A stretch of 64,000 nucleotides of DNA from Methanomassiliicoccales archaeon (GCA_035404085.1 DAONGL010000001.1:42195-106194), one strand, 5' to 3'. Counted from the first letter of the stretch, positions 1 through 9,618 are shown. The notes: generated by a model not told the origin, from the sequence alone. Numbers and translations: made by a program.

Positions 1-603
1 GCACGGAGCCGCTTGGATGCTGGTGTAGAAGATGCTGCCGATGTTGTGGCTGTTCTCGAAGCCGAACACGGCCTTGGCCGTGGAGAAGGTCACACGCTTG
101 GCGACCTTGAGCGCCAACGGATAGAGGAGCTTGATGTCCTTGGTGTCCAGGATGACCTTGGTGTTCTCCGGTTCGAATCCCAGGGCGATGAAGTCCAGGA
201 CGTTCTCGTAAGCGGCCTTCCTGGTATCTTCCAGGCTGAGGTTCTCGTTGAAGAGGTACTTCTCGTCATCGGTGAGCTGGAAGTACATGTTGACCTTGAA
301 CAGGTCCTGCAGGTAGCGGTTGAACATCCAGGGCATGAGGTGGCCGAGATGCGTTCCGCCGGAAGGTCCCCGTCCCGTGTAAAGGAAGAAGCGGTTGCCC
401 TTATCGTACTGGTCCAGAAGCCAATCGAAGTCCCGGTGCGAGTACACCACGCCTCGGCGGAGCATAGGATGCAGCTCACCATAACCAGCAAGACGGTCCA
501 GCAGCTCCTGGTCCATCTTCTTGGTCCCGAAGCGGGTTATGAGCTGGTCGTAATCGATCTCCCCGGTTACTTCCCAGGGGGTGACCTTGAAGTCATCGTT
601 CAT
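1..603 (-). CDS. trpS: tryptophanyl-tRNA synthetase, N-terminal 201 codons (remainder lies beyond the window start)
   Basis: Not in the ORF track because it runs off the edge. The reverse complement of 1-603 is open from ATG (603-601): MNDDFKVTPWEVTGEIDYDQLITRFG...LYTGRGPSGGTHLGHLMPW...FQLTDDEKY. It has a class I HIGH-type motif (THLGH) and the VTPWEV / IDYDxLI / FG N-terminus typical of archaeal TrpRS. Confidence 0.85.
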   Translation of the reverse strand, partial: MNDDFKVTPWEVTGEIDYDQLITRFGTKKMDQELLDRLAGYGELHPMLRRGVVYSHRDFDWLLDQYDKGNRFFLYTGRGPSGGTHLGHLMPWMFNRYLQDLFKVNMYFQLTDDEKYLFNENLSLEDTRKAAYENVLDFIALGFEPENTKVILDTKDIKLLYPLALKVAKRVTFSTAKAVFGFENSHNIGSIFYTSIQAAPC

Positions 604-643
604 CGTTCCCAGTGGCCAGGAATGGCGTACAGGTTCAAAAGGA

Positions 644-1294
644 TTATTGAGCCCTCTCCGCCGAGGTCCGGGCCAGTTCCCTCGCTCGGTTCAGGAACCT
701 GGACAGATTCGCGGTACCGCAGGGGCGGTTCTCGTGGCGCAGGCCAAGCTCGTCGGCGAACTTCCGCGACAGTTCCTCATAATGCTCCGCATCGCCCACG
801 TCGGTGTCGACATAGACGCACAGCTCGTAGTTCTCGAACAGCATGTCCAGGAAGTACTTCGGCTCGTATCCCTGGTCCACCAGGGCGTCGAGGTGCAGCT
901 CCTTCACCGCCCCCTCGATCCCGCGCAGCGCCCAGCCGGGGGTGTTGAACCAGGTCCCGATGCACAGGCTCTTCTGCCGGGCGTACTCCACCGGTCCCAG
1001 TATCGCCGCTATGCAGTCGTCCCCTTCCAGCATCACCGACGGCACCTTGAGGTGGTTGGTTATCCCCGATAGGGACTGGCATACCGCATATCCCAGGAAC
1101 ACCGCGTCCACCTGCCCCTCCAGGGCGTTCACCTTGTCCTGGACCGTCGCTTTGAGCTTCTCGGCGTCGATGTGCAGGGCGAACTCCAGATAGTCCTTGT
1201 GCACCACGTCGTCCCAGCCCTCGGTCAGCTTTTCCAGCTCGGGCTTGAGTATCTCGCAGGCGATTATGGCCAGTCGTCCCTTGCCGTTCTCCAT
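644..1294 (-). CDS. DUF1638 domain protein
   Basis: 216-aa ORF with ATG start. The pattern LAIIACEILKPEL...LEFALH...AVFLGYAVCQSL...DDCIAAILG...GTWFNTPGW matches my memory of the DUF1638 family common in methanogens. Confidence 0.7.
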   Translation of the reverse strand: MENGKGRLAIIACEILKPELEKLTEGWDDVVHKDYLEFALHIDAEKLKATVQDKVNALEGQVDAVFLGYAVCQSLSGITNHLKVPSVMLEGDDCIAAILGPVEYARQKSLCIGTWFNTPGWALRGIEGAVKELHLDALVDQGYEPKYFLDMLFENYELCVYVDTDVGDAEHYEELSRKFADELGLRHENRPCGTANLSRFLNRARELARTSAERAQ

Positions 1295-1300
1295 GGGTGA

Positions 1301-1612
1301 TCAGCTCCTCTTCGGTAAGGCGAACAGACGTCTCAAGTATTCCAGCACAGTGTTCCAGTCCTTGCAGTCGATGATGGAGTCTCCGACCGGATTATCGTCG
1401 TCCAGGGTCCACATGTGCTCCGGGGCCGGAGAATCGTAATAGATCAGCATCATGCGGTAACCCCCCTTGTTCTTCAGATCGTTCTTGGGGCTGGACACCA
1501 CCGAGGCGCCGTAATCGTTCGGAAACCGGTAGATGTTATGAAAGCGGTCCCCGTCCATGCACCCGCAAACGCAGTCCGCGTTCAGATCGATCACGTACTC
1601 GTCGAACTCCAA
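1301..1612 (-). CDS. hypothetical small Cys-containing protein
   Basis: 103-aa ORF with non-repetitive composition, 6 nt upstream of the DUF1638 gene on the same strand. It starts at TTG (1612), with an alternative ATG at 1558. No family recognised. Confidence 0.4.
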   Translation of the reverse strand: MEFDEYVIDLNADCVCGCMDGDRFHNIYRFPNDYGASVVSSPKNDLKNKGGYRMMLIYYDSPAPEHMWTLDDDNPVGDSIIDCKDWNTVLEYLRRLFALPKRS

Positions 1613-1857
1613 TTCGCACCCCGTTCCCTATTTAATCATATCTTCAACGGACGAAATACGTTCATGCCCATCGAAGCGATGCTATACGAACGGCAATCTC
1701 AGTGATATTAGCATCATCTTCAAGAATTGGCTCGGAGCCACCCTGATCACTCTTACTTCCGAAAGCTCGCTCATCGAGAACGAAAAAGAACCATGGAGTA
1801 GATTATCATATCGTCCGAGGAACGATTATCTATCCCCAGCTGCGTATCTCGGCCGAT

Positions 1858-3300
1858 ATGACTCTCAAGGAAGGGCTGGTCGAGGAGATCGCCTCCATAG
1901 TTGGCCGAGAGAACTGCTCTACCAGCGTGGCCGATCTCTACACCTACGGTTTCGATTCATCGATCCATCACCACACTCCGGACGCGGTCGTTCGTCCCGG
2001 AAACGTCGAGGAGGTATCCCTCCTGGTGAAGTTGGCATCCCAGGAAGGTATCCCGGTGGTACCCCGGGGCGGGGGGACCGGTCTCTGTGGGGCGGCTGTT
2101 CCTATCAAAGGCGGAATGGTCATGGACCTCACCCGCATGAACCGGGTCAAGGAGGTCCGGGTGAACGACCTCTACTGCGTGGCGGAAGCGGGCGTGGTAT
2201 ACGACCGGCTGAACGAGGCGCTGTCACCGTTCAAGTTCTTCTTCCCACCAACGCCGGGAAGTGGCGAGGCCTGTACCATCGGCGGGATGGTGGCCACCAA
2301 CGCTTCGGGGATGAGGGCCGTGAAGTACGGCGCCACCCGGGACTACGTGCTCGGGCTGGAGGTGGTACTCGCTGACGGGTCGATCATCCACGTCGGCACC
2401 AACACCATCAAGAACTCCTCCGGCTACCAGCTGGAGCGTTTGTTCGTGGGGAGCGAGGGAACGTTGGGCATAATTACCGAGGTCACCTTGAAGATCGCCC
2501 CCCGGCCGAAGAAGGCGGCGATGGTCTTGGCGGCCTTCGACCGCCTAGAGGACGCTGGCAAATGTGTTTCCAACATCATCTCCGTGCCTCTCATCCCATC
2601 GGCCACCGAGCTGATGGACGATATATGCATCCGTGCCGTCAACAAAGCGGTCGGGGCCGGCCTTCCGGACGCCCAGGCCATATGCATGATCGAGGTGGAC
2701 GGGGAACCGGAGATGGTGGCCAAGGAGCTGAAGGTGGTGGAGGAGGTGGCTCGCAGGAGCGGCGCCTCCAGCGTTCAGGTCTCGGACGACAGCAAGCAGA
2801 TGGCCAAATGGACCAGCGCCCGCAAGTCCGTGATGTCCGCCCTCAGCCGCCTGGGGGATGATCTGGTCTCCGTTTCGCTGGCCGATGATATGGCGGTCCC
2901 CATATCCAAGATCCCCGATGCCGTCGTAGCGTTCCACCGCATCGCCGAGGAGAACCAGGTGATCGTCGGGACGTACGGTCACGCGGCGGACGGAAATCTG
3001 CACACCAAGATGTTGCTCGATCCTTGCTCGGAGGATTCCTGGGGTCGGGGCGAAAGGGCCGTCGGCCAAATATTCGACGTGGTGATCTCCCTGGGAGGCA
3101 CCGTCACCGGGGAGCACGGGGTCGGAATATCCAAAGCGCCCTACATGATGAGGGAGCGCCCGGACGCCTGGCAGACCATGCTGACCATCAAGAAGGCCCT
3201 GGACCCCCAGGACATACTCAATCCCGGAAAGCTCATGCAGTGGGAGGGCGGGATCATCCGCGACCTGCGCTATCCTTGCCGGGACCTATGTCTCAGATGA
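1858..3300 (+). CDS. FAD-linked oxidase (GlcD / D-lactate dehydrogenase family)
   Basis: 480 aa. The N-terminal FAD-binding PCMH pattern is PDAVVRPGNVEEVSLLVKLASQEGIPVVPRGGGTGL. The C-terminal part GGTVTGEHGVGISK...LDPQDILNPGK is typical of the GlcD/Dld family. Confidence 0.9.
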   Translation: MTLKEGLVEEIASIVGRENCSTSVADLYTYGFDSSIHHHTPDAVVRPGNVEEVSLLVKLASQEGIPVVPRGGGTGLCGAAVPIKGGMVMDLTRMNRVKEVRVNDLYCVAEAGVVYDRLNEALSPFKFFFPPTPGSGEACTIGGMVATNASGMRAVKYGATRDYVLGLEVVLADGSIIHVGTNTIKNSSGYQLERLFVGSEGTLGIITEVTLKIAPRPKKAAMVLAAFDRLEDAGKCVSNIISVPLIPSATELMDDICIRAVNKAVGAGLPDAQAICMIEVDGEPEMVAKELKVVEEVARRSGASSVQVSDDSKQMAKWTSARKSVMSALSRLGDDLVSVSLADDMAVPISKIPDAVVAFHRIAEENQVIVGTYGHAADGNLHTKMLLDPCSEDSWGRGERAVGQIFDVVISLGGTVTGEHGVGISKAPYMMRERPDAWQTMLTIKKALDPQDILNPGKLMQWEGGIIRDLRYPCRDLCLR

Positions 3301-3916
3301 GGCCATAGCCGATCGCCAGGGGGATGGCGGTCACGATCACCGCCAGGACCCAGGCCGTTGGGCTCCAGGCCAGCACTTTCTTGCCGTCCAACGGGCCTAG
3401 CGGTATCAGGTTGAAACCGGCCAGGAACAACGACAGCACGCCTATCCAGTTGAAGGCCGCCGACCACGTTCCTTCGGACGGGAACGCCAGCCATAGGATG
3501 ATGAACGTCGTTCCGAACAGAATGTTGGTGGACGGCCCTGCCAGGGATATCAACCCGTTCTGCTTCTTGCTTATCCTTCCTTGAATGTACACCGCCCCGG
3601 GGGCGGCGAACAGGAATCCTAAGAAGGAGAGGATCAAGGCCATGAACAGGCCCATCGGGTACATACGGTACTCGGCCCAGGCCCCGTAGCGCTGAGCTAC
3701 GAACTTGTGCCCCATCTCATGCAACAGGAATCCGGTCAGGGACACCGCCGCGGCCACCCCGAAGGCGAAATACCATGGGGAGTTGCCCGATAGCACGATG
3801 GTGAAGGCCGCGGTCAGGACCGCCACGCTGATGGCGATCTGAACGAGCTCTTGGCGGCCGAAATGGAATCGACCAAAGTCGCGTGGGATCACCAGGTTCC
3901 CGTATTCGTCGTACAT
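3293..3916 (-). CDS. M50 (site-2 protease) family membrane metalloprotease
   Basis: 207 aa, polytopic and hydrophobic, with the HExxH motif LHEMGHKF and the distal NLIPLGPLDG motif characteristic of the S2P/M50 family. Confidence 0.8.
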   Translation of the reverse strand: MYDEYGNLVIPRDFGRFHFGRQELVQIAISVAVLTAAFTIVLSGNSPWYFAFGVAAAVSLTGFLLHEMGHKFVAQRYGAWAEYRMYPMGLFMALILSFLGFLFAAPGAVYIQGRISKKQNGLISLAGPSTNILFGTTFIILWLAFPSEGTWSAAFNWIGVLSLFLAGFNLIPLGPLDGKKVLAWSPTAWVLAVIVTAIPLAIGYGLI

Positions 3917-4010
3917 TTCGCACGTCCACTGTACCCCCTCGTTTATAAAAGTTGCCCGCCCACGCCGCAGGATAAGGTTGAAGTACGTCCGCGCATCATA
4001 GCTTGCGGAA

Positions 4011-5930
4011 ATGAGAAATTACCAGCACGGCAAGGTCATCTTCCGGTGGTGCGACAGCTGCGGCACCCTGGTCCTGGGCGAGGTCTGCGGGATATGCGGC
4101 CGCCCTGGACGGGAGTTCGAGGTCTCCGCACCGGGGGACATCCGCCCATGTTTCGGGAAGGGCGTGGACACGGTGGCCGACCTGTTCCAAGGGCACTTCG
4201 GCACCTCCGCGTTACTTCGTACCAGGTCCGTATTCCTGAACAAGGTGGCCGGCGAGGACCGCACCGACGAGGTCATCCTGGACGGGAGGATCGTGGCGGT
4301 CATCCGCTTCGAGCTGGTTAAGGACGATTTCAGTCTGGAGCTAAAGGCCGAAGGGGCAGCGCTCCTGGCCAAGATGGCCCGCAAGGGCGTGATCAAGGCG
4401 CGGCGGCCACAGGGTCATCTAAAGGGCAAGAAGCTGGACGGAGCCGACGTTCTGGAGTTCTCTGGCGAGTTCAAGGCCGGCGACCCGGTGGTGGTCGTCA
4501 TGGGCAACAACATCGCCGCCGGGGAGGCCCGGGTCGACTCGTCCCAGGTCAAGGAAGGAGAGAAGGTCATCCACCTGCGCAGCGTGTGCAAGGCGGACGT
4601 CCCGTTCCCATTGGTCTCGGCGGACTGGAACGATTTCGTCAAGGCCAACGAGAAGCACCTTAGACAGTTGGAGTCCACCGCGGTCAGTGACATCCGTTCC
4701 TTCGTCAACAACACCAAACTTCCGATAACGCTATCCTTTTCCGGGGGCAAGGACTCCCTGGCCTGCTACGGCATCACCAAGAAGGCCCTCCGGAAGTTCG
4801 ACCTCCTGTTCGTGGACACTGGCCTGGAGTTCCCGGAGACGGTACAGTATGTCCAATCCTTCGCCAATGCCAAGGGGGAGCGCCTCAAGATCGCTCGGGC
4901 CGGAAACGCCTTCTGGGACAACGTCAAGGCCTTCGGACCGCCGGCCAAGGACTTCCGCTGGTGCTGTAAGGTGTGCAAGCTCGGTCCCCTGACCAATCTG
5001 ATCGAGGACAACTATCGAGATGGGACGGTCACCATCGAGGGCAACCGGGCGCTGGAATCCTTCGCCAGGATGGATATCGGTTTCGTGGAGAGGAACCCGT
5101 TCGTGCCGAACCAGACCGTGCTCAACCCCATCCGTCATTGGATGGCCATAGAGGTCTGGGGCTACATCTGGATGGAGGACCTGGAGTTCAACCCCCTGTA
5201 CGAGCAGGATTTCGAGCGTATCGGCTGCTACCTGTGCGCTTCCTGCTTAGGGAGCGAGTGGAAGTCCACCGGTGAGATCCATCCCGACCTGCACGCGCAA
5301 TGGGAGTCCAAGCTCGCTGAGTGGGGGAAGGCGGTAGGGGTCTCTCCGGAGTTCGTGCGCTACGGCTTCTGGCGCTGGAAGTCGCTGCCGCCCAAGATGA
5401 GGCTGGTGGCCGAGGAGCTGCAGATGAAGGTGCCCCAGATGAGGAACGATAGCATGGAGCTAAGAATATCCAAAGGAGCGAGTCCTTGCGTGGCCGGCGG
5501 TTTCTCCATGGAGGGCGTGCTGACCGTGCCGAGGAACAGGGATTTCTCCCAGGTGGCGGAAGTGCTCAAGACCGTGGGCAAGGTGAAGTTCTCCCCGGAG
5601 TTCGAGGTAGTTATGGTCAAGACCAGGGACGGCACCTTGAAGATGTTCGGCGGCGGGCATATTTCGGCCATAGCTCCGACCAAGGAAGGCGCCCAGGCGC
5701 TGTTCCGGGCCGGGGCGGAGGCCTTCCTGCGCGGTCAGCTGTGCACCAGTTGCCGCATATGCGAGCGCAACTGCAAGTTCAACGCCATCACGGCCGACGG
5801 GCAGCTCAAGGTGGACGATCGCCGATGCCGTCAATGCGGAAAATGCGCCCAGGCCTGCGTGGTAGCACATTACTATGACAAGTTGGTCAAGGCCGGAGAG
5901 GGTAAACCGGCCTACGCAGGCGTTAAATAA
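4011..5930 (+). CDS. PAPS reductase / PP-loop ATP pyrophosphatase family protein with N-terminal Zn-ribbon and C-terminal 4Fe-4S ferredoxin domain
   Basis: 639 aa. It contains CDSCGTLV...CGICG (Zn ribbon), the PP-loop LSFSGGKDSLA, and two CxxCxxCxxxC-type clusters (CTSCRICERNC, CRQCGKCAQAC) at the C-terminus. Confidence 0.8.
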   Translation: MRNYQHGKVIFRWCDSCGTLVLGEVCGICGRPGREFEVSAPGDIRPCFGKGVDTVADLFQGHFGTSALLRTRSVFLNKVAGEDRTDEVILDGRIVAVIRFELVKDDFSLELKAEGAALLAKMARKGVIKARRPQGHLKGKKLDGADVLEFSGEFKAGDPVVVVMGNNIAAGEARVDSSQVKEGEKVIHLRSVCKADVPFPLVSADWNDFVKANEKHLRQLESTAVSDIRSFVNNTKLPITLSFSGGKDSLACYGITKKALRKFDLLFVDTGLEFPETVQYVQSFANAKGERLKIARAGNAFWDNVKAFGPPAKDFRWCCKVCKLGPLTNLIEDNYRDGTVTIEGNRALESFARMDIGFVERNPFVPNQTVLNPIRHWMAIEVWGYIWMEDLEFNPLYEQDFERIGCYLCASCLGSEWKSTGEIHPDLHAQWESKLAEWGKAVGVSPEFVRYGFWRWKSLPPKMRLVAEELQMKVPQMRNDSMELRISKGASPCVAGGFSMEGVLTVPRNRDFSQVAEVLKTVGKVKFSPEFEVVMVKTRDGTLKMFGGGHISAIAPTKEGAQALFRAGAEAFLRGQLCTSCRICERNCKFNAITADGQLKVDDRRCRQCGKCAQACVVAHYYDKLVKAGEGKPAYAGVK

Positions 5931-5956
5931 TCGTAGGAAAGTGGAGCGAGACGGAC

Positions 5957-6652
5957 ATGAATTGGACGACTATGTTGGCCGCGGCACTGGGCGTAGGTCC
6001 GGCCCTGGCCCTGATGTTCTGGACCCTCCGCGATTACACCTATCCCAAGGTGGAGAGGCCCTTCTTCGACGATCGAAAGCTGTTCGGGCTTCTGGCGGTG
6101 GGCATGGTCATCGGGGTGGTGGTCTTCGTCCTACAATCATACTTCAACCTGGGTTACATTCTGTTCGCCCTGCTTTTCGCGGTGTTCGAGGAACTAATTA
6201 AATTGGTGATCCTCAACATGCCGCGCTTCGCTCGCAAGCTAGATACGTCGTTCTACGGCCTCTCGCTGGGATTGGGGATAGGCAGCACCATGGCCTTCGG
6301 GGTGGTGTTCTACACCATTCAGCAATCTGGCGAACTGGACGCCCTAGGTTGGACGACCGTGATCATTCTCGCTTTCCAGATGGTCCTCCTTCACGCTTCC
6401 GCCGGGGCGATGATCGGCACCGGCTCGGCCCGCGGCGAGGTCAAGGGCTATTTCGCTCAGGCCGGTCTTCTGCACATCGGTTTCAACCTGCTAATGGCCA
6501 TACCGCTGAACTTTGACAACATCTACCTGGCCTGGGTCGGCGTGATACTGGCCACCTTGCTGGTCGTTTACTACTATGCCCAGGTCCACCGCCATCTGCT
6601 TCCGGCCGTGATCAAGGGCGCCCTGAAGGCGATGGAAAGGGCGAAAGCCTGA
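5957..6652 (+). CDS. PrsW-like intramembrane protease family membrane protein
   Basis: 231 aa with about 7 hydrophobic segments. It has an EExxK motif (FEELIKL) and a later histidine motif (LLHIGFN), as in the PrsW family. Confidence 0.6.
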   Translation: MNWTTMLAAALGVGPALALMFWTLRDYTYPKVERPFFDDRKLFGLLAVGMVIGVVVFVLQSYFNLGYILFALLFAVFEELIKLVILNMPRFARKLDTSFYGLSLGLGIGSTMAFGVVFYTIQQSGELDALGWTTVIILAFQMVLLHASAGAMIGTGSARGEVKGYFAQAGLLHIGFNLLMAIPLNFDNIYLAWVGVILATLLVVYYYAQVHRHLLPAVIKGALKAMERAKA

Positions 6653-6678
6653 TTTAGCCAGAGATCACTGGAACGTTC

Positions 6679-7758
6679 GTGTCCGAAGGAAGGCGGAAAG
6701 CGGGCAAGACCCTTCTGGTCGTGGCCGTCGTACTGGTCGTGGTGCTCCTGCTCTTACTTCCACCCACCCAGGACCTTCTCCGTAAATATCTGCTGGACCC
6801 CTTCTCTCCGCAGTATCCAGAGGAGGTCCAGATGGAGATCGTTCGGACGATGACCTTGGATGCCAACGGGGGCGAGATAACTGGATACACCATCGACCTG
6901 CCAAGGCCGGTCAGCGTCTTCGAGGACGGCACATATCTCCAGAGGGTGAATTCTTTCACCGTCTCCCGAGCCTATGATCATCTTTGGGACAATGGCACGT
7001 ACGACACCATGGTCTGGGAAGGGGATGCCCTGTACGACACGTTCACCTTGACCATCACGATGAACGTCACGCAGAGGATGCAGGTCTGGAAGCTCGACGA
7101 GGAGAGCGTCCTGGACAAGAACGAGATACCTGAGTTCTACCGGGATAGCTATCTCGATGACCAGTGGAGGATAGTGGTCAACGATCCGGAGATCGAGGCC
7201 TTGCGGGACGATATCGTGGGCAACGAGACCAATGTGTATCTCATCGCCAAGGCCATCTACGACTGGATCGACGAGAACTTGGACTATTATATCTGGCCGA
7301 GCACGGACGGTCCGCTATCGTCCCTGGACACCTATGAGAAGCTCAAGGGCGATTGCGACGACCAGTCCATATTGTTCTGCGCCCTGGCCCGTTCGGCCGG
7401 GGTCCCAGCCTGGCTGCAGCTAGGGGCGGTGTACGATCCAGACAGCGGCGAGCTGGGGGGCCACGCCTGGGTGCAGATGTTCATGCCCACGGCGGACGGA
7501 GGAAAGAACGTCACCATCGACATCGTGAACAACAGGTTCCTGGTCTGGATGCCGAACCTTTTCTGTGAGTTCACCGATAATGGGAAAGCGGAAGACCTCC
7601 AGAAGGCGTATTACACGACCTCCATATTCTTCGATCCTTCGACCTATGGTCCCACTGAAGGACCGGTCAGAGAGGATTCTTGGACGGTGGTCAGCTACCA
7701 GGAGAGCGAGAGGACCGTCGCCCTGAACTTGATCCTTATCGCCAGAGAGGATTTCTAG
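6679..7758 (+). CDS. transglutaminase-like cysteine protease domain protein, N-terminally membrane anchored
   Basis: 359 aa with GTG start and the N-terminal TM segment LLVVAVVLVVVLLLLL. The transglutaminase core has Cys (KGDCDDQSILFCALARSAGVPAW) and His (GGHAWVQ). Confidence 0.8.
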   Translation: MSEGRRKAGKTLLVVAVVLVVVLLLLLPPTQDLLRKYLLDPFSPQYPEEVQMEIVRTMTLDANGGEITGYTIDLPRPVSVFEDGTYLQRVNSFTVSRAYDHLWDNGTYDTMVWEGDALYDTFTLTITMNVTQRMQVWKLDEESVLDKNEIPEFYRDSYLDDQWRIVVNDPEIEALRDDIVGNETNVYLIAKAIYDWIDENLDYYIWPSTDGPLSSLDTYEKLKGDCDDQSILFCALARSAGVPAWLQLGAVYDPDSGELGGHAWVQMFMPTADGGKNVTIDIVNNRFLVWMPNLFCEFTDNGKAEDLQKAYYTTSIFFDPSTYGPTEGPVREDSWTVVSYQESERTVALNLILIAREDF

Positions 7759-8156
7759 GCCATCCGGTAGCGGCCGGGGCCGCACTCGTAAACGAAACCG
7801 GAGGATACCAGGCGTCGCAGTGCCTCCTCGGCGTTCATCCGGCCGTCCAAGGCCTTCTCGAGGTCGTCCAGATCGAAATCCTTTAGTTCCGTGGCCAGGT
7901 CCTCCAGGGAGGATGGCTTGAAGGGGGGCGTTCTCTTTTTCAATACCAGCTTCCCTTGGAAACCCTTCGGCTCCCGACCCTTGGTGTTCAGTTCAGCGAC
8001 CGCCTGGGCGGTCAGAGATGCAGAATTAGAAGTGAAATGGGTTTTCATCCGGCGGGTCTGCACCGTTCGGCCGCAGTGGGGGCAGGTGGAGGAGCGATGC
8101 TCCAGGTCCACCGCGAAGCCCTTCCGACAACGGGGGCAGACCACGGCTCCGAACAT
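7755..8156 (-). CDS. zinc-ribbon protein with C-terminal helical (winged-helix-like) domain
   Basis: The track ORF 7755..8288 overlaps pdaD. The start is trimmed to the internal ATG at 8156: MFGAVVCPRCRKGF...CPHCGRTV (CxxC...CxxC). The longer N-terminal extension is Arg/Pro/His-rich and unlikely to be real. Confidence 0.6.
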   Translation of the reverse strand: MFGAVVCPRCRKGFAVDLEHRSSTCPHCGRTVQTRRMKTHFTSNSASLTAQAVAELNTKGREPKGFQGKLVLKKRTPPFKPSSLEDLATELKDFDLDDLEKALDGRMNAEEALRRLVSSGFVYECGPGRYRMA

Positions 8157-8626
8157 CAGTATTCTACGAAGACCAGGGCGCCCAGGCAGGTTCCGTAATG
8201 GTCCATGGGTATGGACAGTTCCTCGATGGCGTAGTTGATGCGGAGGAGCTCGATGCCACGCAGGGCGGACATCTCGGTCATCTTCCACTCCAGAACTTCC
8301 TTCAAGGCCTTCTTGGTCCCGTGCATGTGGCCCTCGGCGACGTAGCCGCCCTTGCCATCCTTGCGCTGGGCGTAAGCTATCCCGGCAGAGATCATCTCGC
8401 CCTCGCCGCCCCTCATCTGGGCCAGGACGCAGTGGGTGATGGCGCCCATGGGCAGCTCCCTTGCGGCCACCTTCTTGGCGCCTATGGGAAGCACGGAGGA
8501 TACGGACACCAGGTTCTGCTCGCCGATCTTGGCTTTCATAAGCGCCTCATCGAAGGCGTTGAGGTCGGAGACCTTGCTCACGGCCGATCCCTGGGTGACG
8601 AAGAACTTCTTCGGGACTAGATTCAT
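8156..8626 (-). CDS. pdaD: pyruvoyl-dependent arginine decarboxylase
   Basis: 156 aa: MNLVPKKFFVTQGSA...NLVSVSSVLP, with the Ser-Ser self-cleavage site, then HCVLAQMRG...GYVAEGH, typical of PdaD. Confidence 0.9.
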   Translation of the reverse strand: MNLVPKKFFVTQGSAVSKVSDLNAFDEALMKAKIGEQNLVSVSSVLPIGAKKVAARELPMGAITHCVLAQMRGGEGEMISAGIAYAQRKDGKGGYVAEGHMHGTKKALKEVLEWKMTEMSALRGIELLRINYAIEELSIPMDHYGTCLGALVFVEY

Positions 8627-8666
8627 AATGTCGATGTAAAACAGAATGTTGATATAAGGTTTGCCT

Positions 8667-9617
8667 TCAGCCGATCTCCAAGACCCGCAGCTCGCGTTCC
8701 AGCATCTTGACGTCCTGGGGGTTTAGCGCTTCTGGCACGACCGGGATGATGAGCATGGAGCTGGTCGTGGACACATTGTCATTGAGCAGCTGCAGAAGTT
8801 TGAGCACCTTCAGGAAGTTGTTCTGGCTGATGAGATACTCCAAGCCTGAGAGCAGCACCACCGCCCGACTGTTCGCCTCGAAGAAGTTCTTGATCTCGCT
8901 GTATATCATGGGGATGTCGGTCGGTTCCCGGGCGTAGCGCTTTCCTCTTTCGTAGGAAAGCCACAGTAATGCCCCATCTCCGATGCCATACGTCTTCTGG
9001 ACCTTCTCCGGGTACTCGCGGGCAAGCACCATTCCAGTGCAGCCCTCCGCCACCTGGTCCTTGTACATCTGATACGCAGCGTCCAAGGACGACGACTCCA
9101 CCAGGTAGGACGTTCCTGGTTCCAGCAGGTACTTCCTTCCCGATTCGTCCTTGTTCAGAGCGACCCCCTTCTCCGTCGGATAGGTGGTAGATGGGGTGAG
9201 AACGTGAACGCACTTTACCGCCCCGTCGGATATGCAGGACGCCTCGTAAGCATCGTAACGACGGCGCATTAGCGAGGAGATTATTCCGGAGAGGTAACCG
9301 CGGGTGAAGTCGCAATGGTCCCCGTTATCCGCTTCCACCGACTCCTTGAAGGTGATGACGATCTCCGTCTCGTTGATCATCTCGATGTTCATCCGGGAAA
9401 GGCCGGTCTCCATCCATACCTGCTCGATGATGGCCTTGGCATCCTGGATGTCAGCGCATTCCAGCCCTAGCGTTCGGACCAGGCCCACCCCGGCCCGGAA
9501 GCCGTAGCGCTCCATCGTCCGTCCAGCATCGTTCCCGTTCAGTAGCTGAAGCTCCTCCCTGAGGTCTCCCAGGGCCGAACCCGGCATGACGAAAAAGGGC
9601 CGCATGTCCTTGCCCAC
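8667..9617 (-). CDS. V4R (4-vinyl reductase-like) domain fused to a DUF835 domain
   Basis: 316 aa. The N-terminal half has the V4R pattern (RYGFRAGVGLV...HCDFTRGYLSGIISSL...CISDGAVKCVHVL). The C-terminal half is DUF835-like (LLWLSYERG...VVLLSGLEYLISQNNF.KVLKLLQLLND...LIIPV). It starts at GTG 9617 or ATG 9605, 1-13 nt after the GTPase stop. Confidence 0.75.
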   Translation of the reverse strand: MGKDMRPFFVMPGSALGDLREELQLLNGNDAGRTMERYGFRAGVGLVRTLGLECADIQDAKAIIEQVWMETGLSRMNIEMINETEIVITFKESVEADNGDHCDFTRGYLSGIISSLMRRRYDAYEASCISDGAVKCVHVLTPSTTYPTEKGVALNKDESGRKYLLEPGTSYLVESSSLDAAYQMYKDQVAEGCTGMVLAREYPEKVQKTYGIGDGALLWLSYERGKRYAREPTDIPMIYSEIKNFFEANSRAVVLLSGLEYLISQNNFLKVLKLLQLLNDNVSTTSSMLIIPVVPEALNPQDVKMLERELRVLEIG

Positions 9618-9618
9618 G

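Noticed and set aside
13-948. 311-aa plus-strand ORF at the window start
   Set aside because: It is antisense to the recognisable trpS (1-603) and DUF1638 (644-1294) genes. Its C-terminal half is Arg/Pro/Gly/Ser low-complexity, typical of GC-rich antisense frames.
7756-7758. In-frame TAG as pyrrolysine read-through (also TAG at 10755-10757 and 12886-12888)
   Set aside because: In each case the ORF ends after a complete recognisable domain, and the next sequence belongs to a convergent or adjacent gene. None of the genes is a methylamine methyltransferase.
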